64,000 nt of DNA from Squalus acanthias (GCA_030390025.1 CM059433.1:14510001-14574000); one strand, 5' to 3'; counted from the stretch's first letter, positions 34,533-48,829 are shown. Notes: generated from the letters alone by a model not told the origin. A program made the numbers and translations.

Positions 34533-36026
34533 GTTAAATTTAGATAGGAAAGAATAGTAATAATATGGCGCATATTTTATAAATTTGCGAATCTGGCGTA
34601 GAGCTTTACATGATGAGAATTTGGGCTCAGAGGTCAGCGTGCCCTACACAATTTGTCACGCGTTGATTTTAATGTTCAGCCAATTGTACGGGGCTCTTTG
34701 ATATCCTTATCCCAATTACTGATATGCAGCTCCTTCCAGTGAAGCTGTGCACCTGGATCAATAATTGATAAAATCTACTGCTCCTTGAATGCCACTTGGC
34801 CATATGCCCTTTAAGCAAATTTACGTTATCGGTACAAGAGAGATTCAATATGATATATAGAAAGGGCGGGGGAATACGAGTCGAGCGAACAGCTCCAGCT
34901 GAAGAGTTGGCATCGCAAAGGGCCAAATGGCCTCCCTCTGTGCTGTAATCTCTCTGGGGCAAATGTTCATCGTCACTGGCAGTCGGAATGAAAATCGATT
35001 TATTACGCTAGGTACGATCGCTCCTCCAGATTAACATGCAGGAGGGGGAACGAGAAATCAAAAAAGAAAAAGAAGATAGACACTGCACAAGTGCTCTGAA
35101 ACATGGGAAGCAGTACTAATGTTACTGAATATTTTTCAGTCAGCTGCTCCTTTTGACAGCCCCTCATACTTAGTAGTAATTGGAAAACTGATAAGATTCC
35201 TTGGATATTAACAGCTCCCATATGTCTATCTCTCTTCTATAGTGAAGTGTCTGGTAAGATTTAGAGTTAAAATCCCCAGTCATTGAAATGTTCTCCAGTG
35301 AAATACTTTGATAAAGAAATCACTTGACAAATTATACTGATCGGGTATGAATATAAATTTCTCCACCATTCATTTCTTTCTCAGCTGGGCTGTTCAGGTG
35401 GTTAAAACACGTGGCTTGTCCCCCATTTACACTGGGCAGCCTAGTAAGTTCACTGGATTCAAGCTGGCAGCATTGATCTGCTCTTGTAGAGACCGGCCCC
35501 AAAGTAAGACGAGGGTGGGATAATATCTGATATATTGGCTAACCGGTGTGGTGGGCCAGGCTAGGGAAGTGTTTGGAATTGAAGTATGCTTCCGAGCCAT
35601 TTGGAAATTTAATATTTGAGGTTTACGCTTCTCCTCTGAACTGATATTGAAGTAAATGTCTTCACAGAACAGATTATAATTCCAAATCACCTGCACGGCA
35701 AATAGGTCTTTAACCCCTATTGGGAATTTTTTTCCTGGCTGTTCTGTACAGTGACAGCGTAATCATAGTGGGAATATTTCCTGTGTTCTCGGCTTCTAGC
35801 TAAATATGTTATTTTAAATAGTATTGCTTGAAACAGATTATCTTCCCACTATGTTTATAATGTTGCTCATATAGTGACCAGAAGAAATGTTCTCTCTAGG
35901 GCAAATTATATAATTTTTTTGTGCCCTGACACCTAGGCCAACACGCATGCTTACCCTTATTCCAGACCTGTCAAGTATCAATCATTGTGAGTGACAATCT
36001 CTCCTTTTTGATTAAAAACCTAACCT

Positions 36027-36644
36027 GGGAATGGAGTATAAAAGTCCTGTTACAACTGTACAGGGCGTTGGTGAGACCACACCTGGAGAACTGCGTACAG
36101 TTTTGGTCTCCTTATTTAAGGAAGGATATACTTGCATTGGAGGCAGTTCAGAGAAGGTTTACGAGGTTGATTCCGGAGATGAAGGGGTTGTCTTATGAAG
36201 AAAGGTTGAGCTGGTTGGGCCTATACTCATTGGAGTTTAGAAGAGTGAGAGGGGATCTTATTGAAACTTACAAGATTCTGAGGGGGCTTGACAGGGTAGA
36301 TGCAGAGAGGATGTTTCCCCTCGTGGGGGAATCTGGAACTAGGGGGCATAATTTCAGAATAAGGGGGCACCCATTTAAATCGGAAATGAGGAGGAATTTC
36401 TTCTCTCAGAGGGTCGTGAATCTTTGGAATTCTCTTCCCCAGAGAGCTGTGAGGCTGGGTCATTGAATATATTTAAGGTGGAGATAGACAGATTTTTGAA
36501 AGGTAAGGGAGTCCAGGGTTATGGGGAGCAGGCAGGGAAGTGGAGTTGAGGCCAAGATCAGATCAGCCATGATCTTATTGAATGGCGGAGCAGGCTCGAG
36601 GGGCCAAATGACCTACTCCTGCTCCTACGTCTTATGTTCTTATG
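36027..36644 (+). mobile_element. CR1 LINE 3' fragment
   Basis: LLQLYRALVRPHLENCVQFWSPYLRKDILALEAVQRRFTRLIP... with CTTATGTT tail. Confidence 0.95.
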
Positions 36645-37490
36645 CTTGATGTATTTAACACAGTTTTATATAGTTAAAAGGGCTTCGAATCTGTTTCACT
36701 CACTCTTAACATTTCCCAAATGCTGACAGCTCCAAACATTAACTGCATGAAGGTGCCAAAAAAATGCTTGATCACATTATTATAACTTTCTAGCATGCTG
36801 GAACTTCAAAACCAGTGCTGAGGAGTGATATGTCTTAGAGAACACAATACAAATGTGACAAGTTATTTCTCACTGAGTTTATGGAGCAACAGATGAAAAT
36901 ATTTGAAAACAATACTGGGCACAAAGTTTGTTGCAAACTAAGTTGGAGCAGACTTTTTAATATTTTTAATTAGAGAAACGAGTCATGGCAAAATGCAAAT
37001 TGTGTGCCATCTGGAAGTGGTAACATGCGCTTTTCAGTCCAAGGTTAGTGTATTGAATAAACATTCCAACACTTTTCACTTCAAATCCACCTCAACAGCG
37101 ATCCCATCCTACTTGAGTGGTGCACTGCATACATTATGAGCTATTACTAATAAACCTGCTACAAAATTAGAACTGGATCATAAAATGCAGTGTGGTTGCA
37201 GTTGTATATGTTTTGTGGAACTCTGCCTTAGCTCTGCAGGCTTCAAGCTAATATTCCTTTACTGGTGCAACAGAGAAGCAATGTGTGCCAGCAATGTCAC
37301 CCTCAAAGTTTGCATCCTCTGCTAATGCCAATATAAGGGGGCTAGCGACATGTTTATGTAACAACAGTTGAACCTTGGCTAGTCAGTCATTTTCACATCC
37401 AGCTGTCTGATGGTCTCCCAGTTCTCTAACGCAAACTCATGTTATGCGCTACACATGTACGAGTGCTGCACCTCAGGCTTTGGAAATTAT

Positions 37491-38235
37491 GGCCCAGAAA
37501 TTGATCTCGCTCTGTTCCCGCGGGGGTAAGCCTTCCCCGCGATGTCTCACCTCGCTTGTGCTTTTTCAGATCCAGCTCGCACGAACTTGATGTTCTGGAC
37601 AGCTGCTGTGCAGTGCTTGCGTATCCCACCGGCGTAGTGAATTCGTGCGAGCTGTGGGATCACGTGACTCAGTTAGAGCCAATGGCAGCACACCATCTTC
37701 CATTCATAAGTTTCACAGACCTGCGGTGAAATCTATGAATCTTACACCCCCCCAAAATAACAGCTAAACCTCAATTAAATTTAAAAAAAAAACCCATCAC
37801 ATTAATAAAATAAGTATAGTTAATTAAATTAACCATTTTAAATAAAAAATTAAATTTTTGAAAAAATTTAAAATCTTTTAAAAAGTTATAAAAATAAACT
37901 TACCTGTCTTTAAAGTCTCTAAAAAAGATATACCTGTTAAAAAAAATTCAAAAAAATACTTAATTCACTACTTACCTTCTTAAAAGTGGGTCTTACTCCT
38001 CCTTTTTACATTTCCAAAATCTTCAGTACTTCCCTGCGCGTCCAAAGCATGAAGTGCACAGCGTGCGCGCAGCCTGTAGCGCGCACGCGATGCACCGAGG
38101 ACCCGCCCCCTTTTCAGAAGAGCAATTGCCGGTTTTCAGCGCATGCACAGGGCATGCAGAAAACCGGCAATTGGAGTGGGAATACGCGAGAGTACGCAGT
38201 GCGTACTCTCGCGTCCCGGGATCAATTTTCGGCCC
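37491..38235. mobile_element. Harbinger-type MITE family C, copy 2
   Basis: GGCCCAGAAATTGATC / GATCAATTTTCGGCCC; homologous to 23618-24360. Confidence 0.9.
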
Positions 38236-38486
38236 AATATTTATCCAAAGGGCTGGACCAACCAAATAACACGTACCTATGAGTCCCATGTTTGTTGGGA
38301 TGATTTCTTGATCCAAACTGTGGCAGTTTTAACTCCCTCAGCTTTGCTTCGGCATTACCTTGAGATTCACACAGTCCGACATTCCTGTGATATCACATCA
38401 TTTCATTGGATAAACAGTGAATAAATATAAAAGTCCGGTGGACTCACTGGTATTTCAACAACAACTTGCATTTATATAGAATAACA

Positions 38487-40795
38487 ACAGAACATAAGAA
38501 CATAAGAAATAAGAGCAGGAATAGGCCATTTGGCCCCTCGAGCCTGTTCCGCCATTCAATAAGATCATGGCTGATCTTGAGCTCAAAGCCACTTCCGTGC
38601 CCGCTCCCCATAACCCTTCACTCCCTTATCTTGCAAAACCTGTCTATCTCCACCTTAAATGTATTTAATGACCCAGCCTCCATGGTTCTCTAGGGCAGAG
38701 AATTCCACAGATTTACGACCCTCTGAGAGAAGAAATTCCTCATCTCAGTTCTAAAAGGGCGACTCTTTATTCTGAAACTATGCCCCCGAGTTCTAGATTT
38801 CCCTACGAGGGGAAACATCCTCTCTGCATCTACCTTGTCGAGCCCCTTCAGTATCTTATGTTTCAATAAGATCACCTCTCATTCTTCTAAATTGCAATGA
38901 GTATAGACCCAACCTGTTCAACCTTTCTTCATAAGTCAACCCCCCCATCTCTGGAATTAACCTAGTGAATCGTCTCTGAACTGCCTCCAATGCAAGCATA
39001 TCCTTCCTTGAATAAGGAGACCAAAACTGTATGCAGTACTCAAGGTGTGGTCTCACCAATACCCTGTACAGTTGTAGCAGGACTTCCCTGCTTTTATACT
39101 CCAACCCCCTTGCAATAAAGGCCATCATTCCATTTGCCTTTTTGATTACTTGCTGTACCTGCATGCTAACTTTTTGTGTTTCATGCACAAGGACCCCCAG
39201 GTCTCTCTGAACTGTAACATTTTGTAATCTCTCTCCATTTAAATAATAATTTGCTTTTTTATTTTTCCTGCCAAAGTGGATAACCTCGCACTTTCCCACA
39301 TTATACTCCATCTGCCAAATGTTTGCCTACTCACTTATCCTGTCTAGATTCCTTTGCAGATTCTTTGAGTCCTCTGCACAACTTGCTTTCCCACCCATCT
39401 TTGTATCTTCCACAAACTTGGCTACATTACACTCGGTCCCTTCATCCAAGTCATTAATGTAGATTGTAAATAGTTGAGGCCCCAGCACCGATCCCTGTGG
39501 CACCCCACTAATTACCGTTTGCCAACCGGAAAATGACCCATTTATCCCGACTCTCTGCTTTCTGTTAGTTAGCCAATTCTCTATCCATGCTAATATATTA
39601 CCCCCAACTCCGTGAGCTCTTATCTTATTCAGTAACCTTTTATGTGGCACCTTATCGAATGCCTTCTGGAAATCCAAATACACCACATCCACTGGCTCAC
39701 CTTTGTCCACCCTGCTCATTACATCCTCAAAGAACTCCAGCAAATTTGTTAAACATGATTTCCCTTTCATAAAACCATGCTGACTCTGCTTGACTGCATT
39801 ATGATTTTCCAAATGCCCTGCTACTGCTTCCTTAATGAAGGACTCCAGCATTTTCCCAACGACAGATGTTAGGCTAACTGGTCTATGGTTTCCTGCTTTC
39901 TGTCTCCCTCCTTTCTTAAATAGGGGTGTTACATTTGCAGTTTTCCAATCTGCTGGGACCTCTCCAGAGTCCAGGGAATTTTGGTATATTGCAACCAATG
40001 CATCCATTATCTCTGCAGCCACTTCTTTTAAGACCCTGGGATGCAGGCCATCTGGTCCAGGGGACTTGTCATCTGTTAGTCCCATTATTTTACCAAGTAC
40101 TTTTTCCTTAGTGATAGTGATTGTCTTCAGTTCCCCCCTCCCTGTGGCCCCTTGATTATCCATTATTGGGATGTTGTTAGTGTCTACTACCGTGAAGACA
40201 GATGCAAAATATTTGTTCAGAGTCTCTGCCATTTCCCCGTTCCCCATCATTAATTCCCCAGTCTCATCTTCTAAGGGACCAACGTTTACTTTAGCTACTC
40301 TCTTCCTTTTTATATACCTGTCGAAGCTCTTACTATCTGTTTTAATGTTTCTTGCCAGTTTTCTCTCTCAATTCATCTCTCTCTTTATTATTTTTTTAGT
40401 CATCCTTTGCTGGTTTTTAAAAATTTCCCAATCCTCTGGCCTCTCACCAATCTTGGCAACATTGTATACCTTCGTTTTCAATTTGATACCATCCTTTACT
40501 TCCTTAGTTAGCCATGGATGGTGCTCCCTTCTCTTAAAATCTTTCTTTCTCACTGGAATATATTTTTGTTGAGAGCTATGAAATATCTCCTTAAATGTCC
40601 GCCACTGCATTTCAGCTGTCTTACCCGTTAATTTATTTTTCCAGTCCACTTTAGCCAGTTCTGCCCTCATGCCATTGTAATTGCCTTTGTTTAAGATCAG
40701 GACACTGGTTTGAGGTACATCTTTCTCACCCTCCAACTGAATTTGAAATTCAACCATGCTATGATCACTCTTTCCTAGAGGATCCTTTACTATGA
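38487..40795 (-). mobile_element. CR1 LINE, 5'-truncated (end of endonuclease, RT, 3' tail)
   Basis: ORFs 40368-40862, 39327-40250 (KSPGPDG, HRPVSLTS, QHGF, YLDFQKAFDKVPH, GVPQGSVLGP), 38856-39311; CATAAGAA tail repeats; inserted within an L2 tail. Confidence 0.96.
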
Positions 40796-41095
40796 GCATC
40801 CCAAGGTGCTTTAAAGGTGTGCAATTAGACAAAAATAGACACTGAGCCAAAGGAGGAGACATCAGAACAGGCGATCAAACGCTTGGTCGATGAGGTAGAT
40901 TTAAAGCACTGTCTTAAAGAAGGAGAGGTGGAGAGGCGGAGAAGTTTGGGGCGGGCAGTCCAGAGCTCAGGACCTAGACAGCTGAAGGTGCGGCCACCAA
41001 TGGTGGGGCGAAGGAAGTGGGGGATGTACAAGGGGCCAGAGTTGGAGGAACGCAGAGTTCTCGGATGGTTGTAGGGCTGAAGGAGGTTACAGAGC
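40796..41095 (-). mobile_element. L2 LINE 3' end, with its terminal part at 38455-38480
   Basis: gcatcccaaggtgcttt... continues acaacaacttgcatttatatag found on the other side of the CR1. Confidence 0.8.
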
Positions 41096-41300
41096 TACAG
41101 TGAGAGAAGGTGGGGAAGTACCCAGTCACTATTATTTTTTTCTGCCTTTGATAAATGAGTGGAGATGTTCTGGAACGTATTTAAGCTTATTCCATAAAAT
41201 TCTTGCTTTGGGTTAAAGGACCCAGCTCTATTCTAGATGTAAAGAGCCTCACATGTGAGATTGCCATCTTGATTACTCCTGCCTGAGGATCATAATCTCA

Positions 41301-41348
41301 CCTTCCCATTGTGCTAGTCAATCCCAGCTCTGTGTTTGGGCCTTTCCA
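41301..41348 (-). other. Candidate 48-nt exon with strong splice sites
   Basis: Long polypyrimidine tract ...ctttgtgtcttctcactctccAG|GTGGAAAGG...CACAATGGGAAG|GTGAGA; one open frame WKGPNTELGLTSTMG; ATG in good Kozak context. Confidence 0.3.
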
Positions 41349-41591
41349 CCTGGAGAGTGAGAAGACACAAAGAGGAAAAGGGCACAAAGAGAGAGAAAGG
41401 GATAAGTGGGAAAAAGAAAAACAATGACAGGATAGTAATACCATTTTTAATATTGCAGTGAAGGATACAGTATTAGCTTTGTTTTCACAGTCTGCCTTAC
41501 CTTTAGAAGAACACAGAATGAGTTCAAACTTTTTTTCACTTTCCTCAGAGCCATCTCTGAAATGTGGGCAGGTTTGCGATACCATTTTAAA

Positions 41592-43390
41592 CATAGAATC
41601 ATAGAATAGTTACAGCATGGAAGAAGGCCATTCGGCCCGTTGAGCCCGTGCCAGCTCTCTGCAAGAGCACTTCAGCTAGTCCCACTCTCCCGTCCTTTCC
41701 CCGTAGCCCTGCAAATATTTTTCCTTCAGGTACTTATCCAATTCCCTTTTGAAAACCGTGATTGAGTCTGCCTCCACCACTCTTTCGACAGTGAACTCCA
41801 GATCCTAACCACTCGCTGAATAAAAAAGTTTTTCCTCATGTCGCCTTTGGTTCTTCTGCCAATCACCTTAAATCTGTGTCCTCTGGTTTTCGACCCTTCT
41901 GCGAATGGGAACAGTTTCTCTCTATCTACTCTGTCCAAACCCCTCATGATTTTGAACACCTCTATCAAATCTCCTCTCAATCTTCTCTGCTCTAAGGAGA
42001 ACAACCCCAGCTTCTCCAGTCTATCCATGTAACTGAAGTCCCTCATCCCTGGAATCATTCTCGTAAATCTTTTCTGCACCCTCTCTAAGGCCTTCACATC
42101 CTTCCTAAATTGCGGTGCCCAGAATTGAACACAATACTCCAGTTGAGGCCGAACCAGTGTTTTATAAAAGGTTCATCATAATTTCCACGCTTTTGTACTC
42201 TATACCTCTATTCATTAAGTCCAGGATCTCGTAAGCTTTTTTAACTGCTTTCTCAACCTGCCCTGCCACCTTCAACGATTTGTGTACATATACCCCTAAG
42301 TCTCTCTGTTCATGCAGCCCCTTTAGGATTGTACTCTTTAGTTTATATTTCCTCTCTTCATTCTTTCTACCAAAATGTATCACTTCACACTTTTCTGTGT
42401 TAAATTCCATCTGCCACGTGTTCACCCATTCCACCAGCCTGTCTATGTCTTCTTGAAGTCTATCCCTATCCTCCTCACTGTTCACTATACTTCCAAGTTT
42501 TGTGTCATCTGCAAATTTTGAAATTGTGCCCTGTATACCCACATCCAAATCATTAATATATATCAAGAAAAGTACTGGTCCTAGAGCCGACCCCTGGGGA
42601 ACACCTCTGTATACCTTCCTCCAGTCCGAAAAACAACCGTTCACCACAACTCTCTGTTTCCTGTCACTTAGCCAATTTTGTATCCATGCTGTCACTGTCC
42701 CTTTTATTCCATGAGCTTTGTTGCCAAGCCTATTATGTGGCATTTTGTCGAAAGCTTTTTGGAAATCCATGTACACCACGTCAACCGCATTGCCCTCATC
42801 AACCCTCTCTGTTACCTCATCAAAAAACTCAATCAAGTTGGTTAAACACGATTTGCCTTTAACAAATCCGTGCTGGCTTCCCTTAATTAATCCACACTTG
42901 TCCAAGTGATTGTTAATTTTGTCCCTGATTATTATTGTTTCTAAAATCTTCCCCACTACCGAGGTTAAACTGACTGGCCTGTAGTTGCTGGGTTTATCTT
43001 TACATCCTTTTTTAAACAAGGGTGTAACATTTGCAATTCTCCAGTCCTCTGGCACCACCCCTGTTTCTAAAGAGGATTGGAAGATTATGGCCAGTACCTC
43101 CGCGATTTCTTCCTTCACTTCCCTCAGCGTCCTAGGATGCATCCCATCCGGTCCTGGTGACTTATCTACTTTAAGTACAGCCAGCCTTTCTAGTACCTCC
43201 TCTTTATCAATTTTTATCTCATCCAGTATCTCCTCTACCTCCTCCTTCACTATGTCTATGGCAGCATCTTCTTCCTCACCTCAGCCATGCCCTCTGCCTC
43301 CATGCGTAGGTCTCCTTTTTGGTCCTGAATCGGCCCCACCCCTCCTCTTCCTCCCTGTTTACTATTTATATGCCTATAGAAGACTTTTTT
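41592..43390 (-). mobile_element. CR1 LINE, 5'-truncated RT region
   Basis: 362-aa ORF with YMDFQKAFD, GVPQGSALGP and KFADDTK; CATAGAAT tail repeats. Confidence 0.96.
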
Positions 43391-44037
43391 AAATGAACAA
43401 TCTTGACTGATTTGATATCAGCATGAAATGTATGGAATCTGTATTTAATTCATATGAATATAAACTGTTCAGTCTGATCGTCAAGTATCATTTGACATTA
43501 ACTTTTTATCACAGAGCAGCTTTACAATGAGATGAGGCATAAATTCTTTCTAAAAGCAGTCTATTGCTTAAAGCTCAGTCTTCAGCTTTCATCCTCAACC
43601 TCTCTGATTTATATTCCAGCTTGATGTTAGCCAATCCCAGTCCCATCGTTGACAACCTTGCACAGCAGCAGTCCCTGACGAAATTCAGCACAAATAATCC
43701 CAGCCCCTGAACTTCTTGAAGCTAATTTCAGCTTTCAAGTCCTTGCACAGGATGACTGGTTGTGTCCCTCTTGTGCCTTGTTTGGCAAATTCAGCTTTAA
43801 CAACTGCCAGCTGCAATCATCCACCTACTGTTACTGATTTCTAGAGTCCTTAGAGAACAGCACAATATTTTGTTGGTATATGATGACACCACTGATTACT
43901 TTTAGAATAAAAATGAAATCTAGAAACGGTTTGCTACATTTTTGTTGGATTTACAGTTCAGAAACAAGCTTTTTAAAAGGAATAAATCTTCAGCAACCCC
44001 TATTTAGCCCTATAGTCTTTGAATGTAGTCAGTACTG

Positions 44038-44574
44038 GTGATCTATCGACACCATCCTTGTGATATATCGATACCGCCCTTGTGATCTATCGACACCATC
44101 CTTGTGATATATCAATACCGCCCTTGTGATATATCGACACCATCCTTGTGATATATCAATACCGCCCTTGTGATATATCGACACCATCCTTGTGATATAT
44201 CAATACCGCCCTTGTGATATATCGACACCATCCTTGTGATATATCAATACCGCCCTTGTGATATATCGACACCATCCTTGTGATATATCAATACCGCCCT
44301 TGTGATATATCGACACCATCCTTGTGATATATCAATACCGCCCTTGTGATATATCGACACCATCCTTGTGATATATCAATACCGCCCTTGTGATATATCG
44401 ACACCATCCTTGTGATATATCAATACTGCCCTTGTGATCTATCGACACCATCCTTGTGATATATCAATACCGCCCTTGTGATATATCGACACCATCCTTG
44501 TGTTATAGCGTTACCATCCTTGTGATATATCGACACCATCCTTGTGTTATAGCGTTACCATCCTTGTGATATAT
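44038..44574 (+). repeat. Minisatellite, 22-bp monomer with 44-bp alternating dimer (~24 monomers)
   Basis: GTGATATATCGACACCATCCTT alternates with GTGATATATCAATACCGCCCTT; variant GTGTTATAGCGTTACCATCCTT at the 3' end. Confidence 0.97.
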
Positions 44575-44707
44575 AATGTATGTTTCACTTCAAATATATG
44601 GATGAAAACACAGCCTAAAAATTGCTTCTGGTGGCATATGGAGTTAAGTGAGAAATATACTAGGTTTTTGAGTTACTAAGCATGTTTCCAAGAGCTGTTT
44701 TAACAAC

Positions 44708-46760
44708 GAACAAAAACAACAACAACTCACATTTATACATCGCCTTTAACGCAGTAAAGCGTCCCAAGGTGCTCCACAGGAAAGTGATCAAACTAAATTC
44801 GACACCGAGCCACATAAGGAGATATTAGGGCAGGTGACCAAAAGCTTGATCAAAGAGGTATGTTTTAAAAAGCGTCTTAAAGGAGGAACGAGAGGTAGAG
44901 AGGCGGAGAGGTTTAGGGAAGGAATTCCAGAGCTTAGGACCTCGGCAGCTGAAGGCACGGCCACCAATGGTGGAGCGATTAAAATCGGGGATGTGCAAGA
45001 GGCCAGAATTGGAGGAGCGATGAGATCTCGGAGGGTTGTGGGGCTGGAGGAAGTTACAGAGATAGGGAGGGGTGAGGCCACGGAGGGATTTGGAAACAAG
45101 TTTGAGAATTTTAAAATTGAGGCGTTGCTGGGCCGGGAGTCAATGTAGGTCAGCGAGCACAGGGGTGATGGGTGAATGGGAATGGGTGCAAGTTAGGATA
45201 CGGGCAGCAGAATTTTGGATGAGCTCAAGTTTATGAAGGGTGGAAGATGGGAGGCTGGGCAGGAGAGCGTTGGAATAGTCAAGTCTAAAGGTAACAAAGG
45301 CATGGATGAGGATTTCAGCAAAAGATGAGTGAGGCAGGTCAGAGTTGGGCGATGTTACGGAGATGGAAGTAGGCAGTCTTGGTGATGGAGCAGGTATATG
45401 GTCGAAAGCTCATTTCGTGTTTTCGGCTGATATCGCTGAGGGCCAGCATGTAGATTATCAATGGGCGGGGGCCAAGGATAGATCCTTGGAGGACTCCAGA
45501 GGTAATTGTGAAGGAGTAGCAAGAGAAGCCATTGCAGGTGATGCCTTGGCTATGACTGGCTAGATAGGAATGGAACCAGGCGAGGGCAGTCCACCTAGCT
45601 AGACGATGGAGGAGAGGCGGTGGAGGAGAATGGTGTAATCAGCCATGTCAAAAGCTGCAGACAGGTTGAGAAGGATGAGAAGGGATAGTTTACCATGGTC
45701 ACAATCACACAGAATGTCACTTTGATAAGGGCCATTTCAGTGCTGTGGCAGGGGCGAAAACCTGATCGGAGGGATTCAAACATGGAGCTCTGGGAAAGAT
45801 GGACATGGATTTGTGAGGTGACATCACAGTCAAAGAATTTGGGGAGGAAAGGGAGGTCGGAGATGGAGTGGTAGTTTGCAAGGGTTTTTTTGAGGAGAGG
45901 GGTGATAACGGCAGATTTGAAGGGGAGAGAGACAACACCTGAGGAGACGGTACCGTTAACTATATCAGCTAACATGGGGGCCAGGTAGGGAAGTTGGGTG
46001 GTCAGCTGTTTAGTGGGAATAGGGTCGAGGGAGCAGGAGGTGGGTTTTATGGACACAATGAGCTAGAAGAAGGCATGAGGGGAAATAGGAGTGAAACTGG
46101 AAAAAGATCTGAGTTCAGAGCTCGGGCAGGGGAGAACCTTAGGGGAAGTTTGGCTTGGTGGGCGAGCGGAAGGGAGAGAAGCGGCAGAGGCAGCTGAATG
46201 GATGGTCTTAATCTTAGTGACAAAGAAGTCCATGAGCTCCTCGTACTTGATCTTGGAGGTGAGGGTGGAGGAGGCAGGGGAAAAGATATTAAGAAGAAGA
46301 TTTGCAGTAGAGAAAAGAAGCCTGGGGTTATCTTTGCATTCCAGGTTGATCCTGGAATAGTGAACAGTTTTAACAGAGGAGAGCAGGACCCGATAATGTT
46401 TTATGTGGCCCAGCCAGATCTGGCGATGAATGGCTAAACCAGTTGACCGCCATATACATTTAATTCTGCGTCCCTTGGACTTAAGGGAGCGGAGATGAAG
46501 GGTGTAGCAGGGGGAACAACCAGGGTGTAAGAGAGTAATGGTTTTAATGGGACAAGGGCATCAAAGGTGGGGTGAAGGTGTGATTGGGCAGATCGGTAGC
46601 TGCAGAAATGTTGTGGTGAATGGAGAGGCGAAGGCTAGACAGTTGGAAATTTAAAAGTGTAGTTGTAAACCACTTTGGGGTGAGTTTTTTCCAGGGGTGG
46701 ACACAGAAGGAAGTGGGGTTGGGAGGGGGAATGGGGATGTGGGTTTAGAGCGATACAAGG
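44708..46760 (-). mobile_element. L2 LINE, decayed, with internal deletions
   Basis: KPTSCSLDPIPT...DIVNGTVSSG...FKSAVITPLLKK...SGFRPCHSTEMALIKV L2-type RT, plus 3' tail at 44708. Confidence 0.9.
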
Positions 46761-47199
46761 AAGGGCTGGCTGCTGCAGGGAAAACCAATCTTAGAGTGGG
46801 GGCCTCAATCAGGCAAAAGGCCCCTTACCGGCATATGCAAAGGGTCGAACGCCTGTTTCAAGCAGTTGGCACAGTACAGGCATTTTTCTTTCCTTTCCTA
46901 ATATGGTGAACGGTGTACTTCTGGCCGCAAATATGCACGCGCTTCCGGCTCACCAGATCGGGGGCTTAGTAGGCCAATTAGGCCCAAAAAACAGGCGCTG
47001 TGCGGCCATACTTGTAGGCCACTGAGCCAGTAGGAATATCTGGTGCAGACCCGAAATTTGTAACACCAAGAAATGTGCATTATCCTTTTGTAACATATAG
47101 TAATGCACTGAAGCTGTACAGCTGTATGACACTATCACTGCTCTGTGTATTTTCAATACCTCTGTACTATTCTGCTTGTAAGACAAGAGGACCTGTCCA

Positions 47200-47596
47200 C
47201 ATAAAAGCATAAGAATTAGAAGCAGGAGTAGGCCATACGGCCCCTCGAGCCTGCTCCACCATTCAATAAGATCATGGCTGATCTTCGATCTCAACTCCAC
47301 TTTCCCACCTGATCTCCATATCCCTTGATACCCTCACAGTCCAAAGATCTATCGATCTCATGCTTAAATATACTCAACAATTCAGCATCCACAGCCCTTT
47401 GGGGTAGAGAATTCCAAAGATTCACAACCCTCTGAGTGAAGAAATTCCTCCTCATCTCAGTCTTAAATGGCTGACCCCTTATCCTGAGACTATGCCCCCT
47501 AGTTCTAGACTCTCCAGCCAGGGGAAACAACCACTCAGCATCTACCCTGTCAAGCCCCCTCAGAATCTTATATGTTTCAGTGAGATCACATCTCAT
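47200..47596 (-). mobile_element. CR1 LINE 3' fragment
   Basis: MRCDLTETYKILRGLDRVDAE...RRNFFTQRVVNLWNSLP. Confidence 0.95.
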
Positions 47597-47895
47597 ACAC
47601 GAGATAACCCAAAGAAATTAAGCCACTTACCTATTTCAGAGAAGCCAACCTTGAACTTATTAATTAAGAGAGCAGGGAACATTGACTTTGGAGCCCACTC
47701 TTTGGGCCAGTACCACAATGTTCATGCCATGTATCCCTCAACCAATACCATTAAAACAGATTATCTGATCATTATTGCAGTTTGTGGGATCTTGCTGTGT
47801 GAAAACTGGCTGCCATGTTTCTCTACACTACAACAGTGACTACACTGTAAAAGGCTTTGAGACGTCCAGTGGTCATGAAAGGTGTTATGTAAATT

Positions 47896-48005
47896 CAAAA
47901 TATAAACAGAAAGTGCTGGAAATACTCAGCAGGTCTGGCAGAATCTGTGGAGAGAGAAACAGAGTTAACGTTTCAGGTCATGAAAGGTCATCGACCTGAA
48001 ACATT
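47896..48005. mobile_element. Collapsed Penelope-like pseudo-LTR remnant
   Basis: gtgctggaaatactcagcagg...gttaacgtttcaggtca/tgaaaggtcatcgacctgaaacatt; two partial hammerhead halves, CUGA core deleted. Confidence 0.65.
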
Positions 48006-48628
48006 GGGGGGAATTTTGCCAGCCCTGGGGAGGAGGGACTGCCGGGAAAATGGCAGAAACTGGGAGTGGGTATCAACCCCGCACCCAACCCGCCTCCGTG
48101 CCATCTTCCCAGGAGGTGGGTCCCCGACTCGCGCTGTGATCCGTCTCCTCGAAGCAGGAAGTGGATTACAGCCAATTAACTGCCTGTTAACAGGCAGTTA
48201 AGAGGATTATCCCCATTTTAACCACACAAATGCGGGTTTCCCGACGGCTGCGAACCTCGCCAGGGTCAGCAAGGCGAGCAGTGGGTCTGCGGGGGTGAGA
48301 GGGGTCAAAAAGTGCACTGTGGAGGTGAGTGATGGGTGCAAGTGTGGAGAGGTAAGTATGGGAGGTGAGTGAAAAGTGTTAGAAAAAGTTTACTTACCTT
48401 TGCTTCTTCCTGCAGGCTTCAACCCTTGGGGATCCGGAGGCTCCTCATCTCCACGGCAGAGATGACAGAATGGCTGCTGCATTCTCCGATGCAACAGCCA
48501 TCTGATTTCTGCTCAGGATAGAGGTTTGGTGAGTCTCGAGTACAAGGACTCACCAAGCAACAGAGATTGTCAGTGTTTGACAATCATACGCTGACGTCCT
48601 CTGTCACCGGCTTTCCCTTAATTGGCCT
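48006..48628 (-). mobile_element. Harbinger-type MITE family B, truncated
   Basis: GGGGGGAATTTT start is the reverse complement of the 18911 end; internal homology to 18142-18911. Confidence 0.82.
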
Positions 48629-48829
48629 TAATGCTTAAATGTAACCATTGGAGGTGTTCCACAACAGACAAGTGATCCACTCTGACAGACGCCAGATTAT
48701 GCCCAAGCGGTGAAGGTGAAAATGTAATCCGCAGCGACAACCTTGCGCTAGGGATTCGCAGACCTCACATGTCTCTAAAATTTTGCTTTCATAAAGTTCA
48801 GTGGGAATATTAGAGGAAACAGAGAGAAT

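Noticed and set aside
44038..44574. CRISPR-like array with short palindromic repeats
   Set aside because: The intervening sequences are two fixed alternating variants rather than unique spacers, the period is only 22 bp, there are no cas genes and the context is eukaryotic.
47960..48005. Third functional hammerhead ribozyme
   Set aside because: The CUGANGA core is deleted at the junction; only the GAAA halves remain. The same applies at 51470 and 60290.
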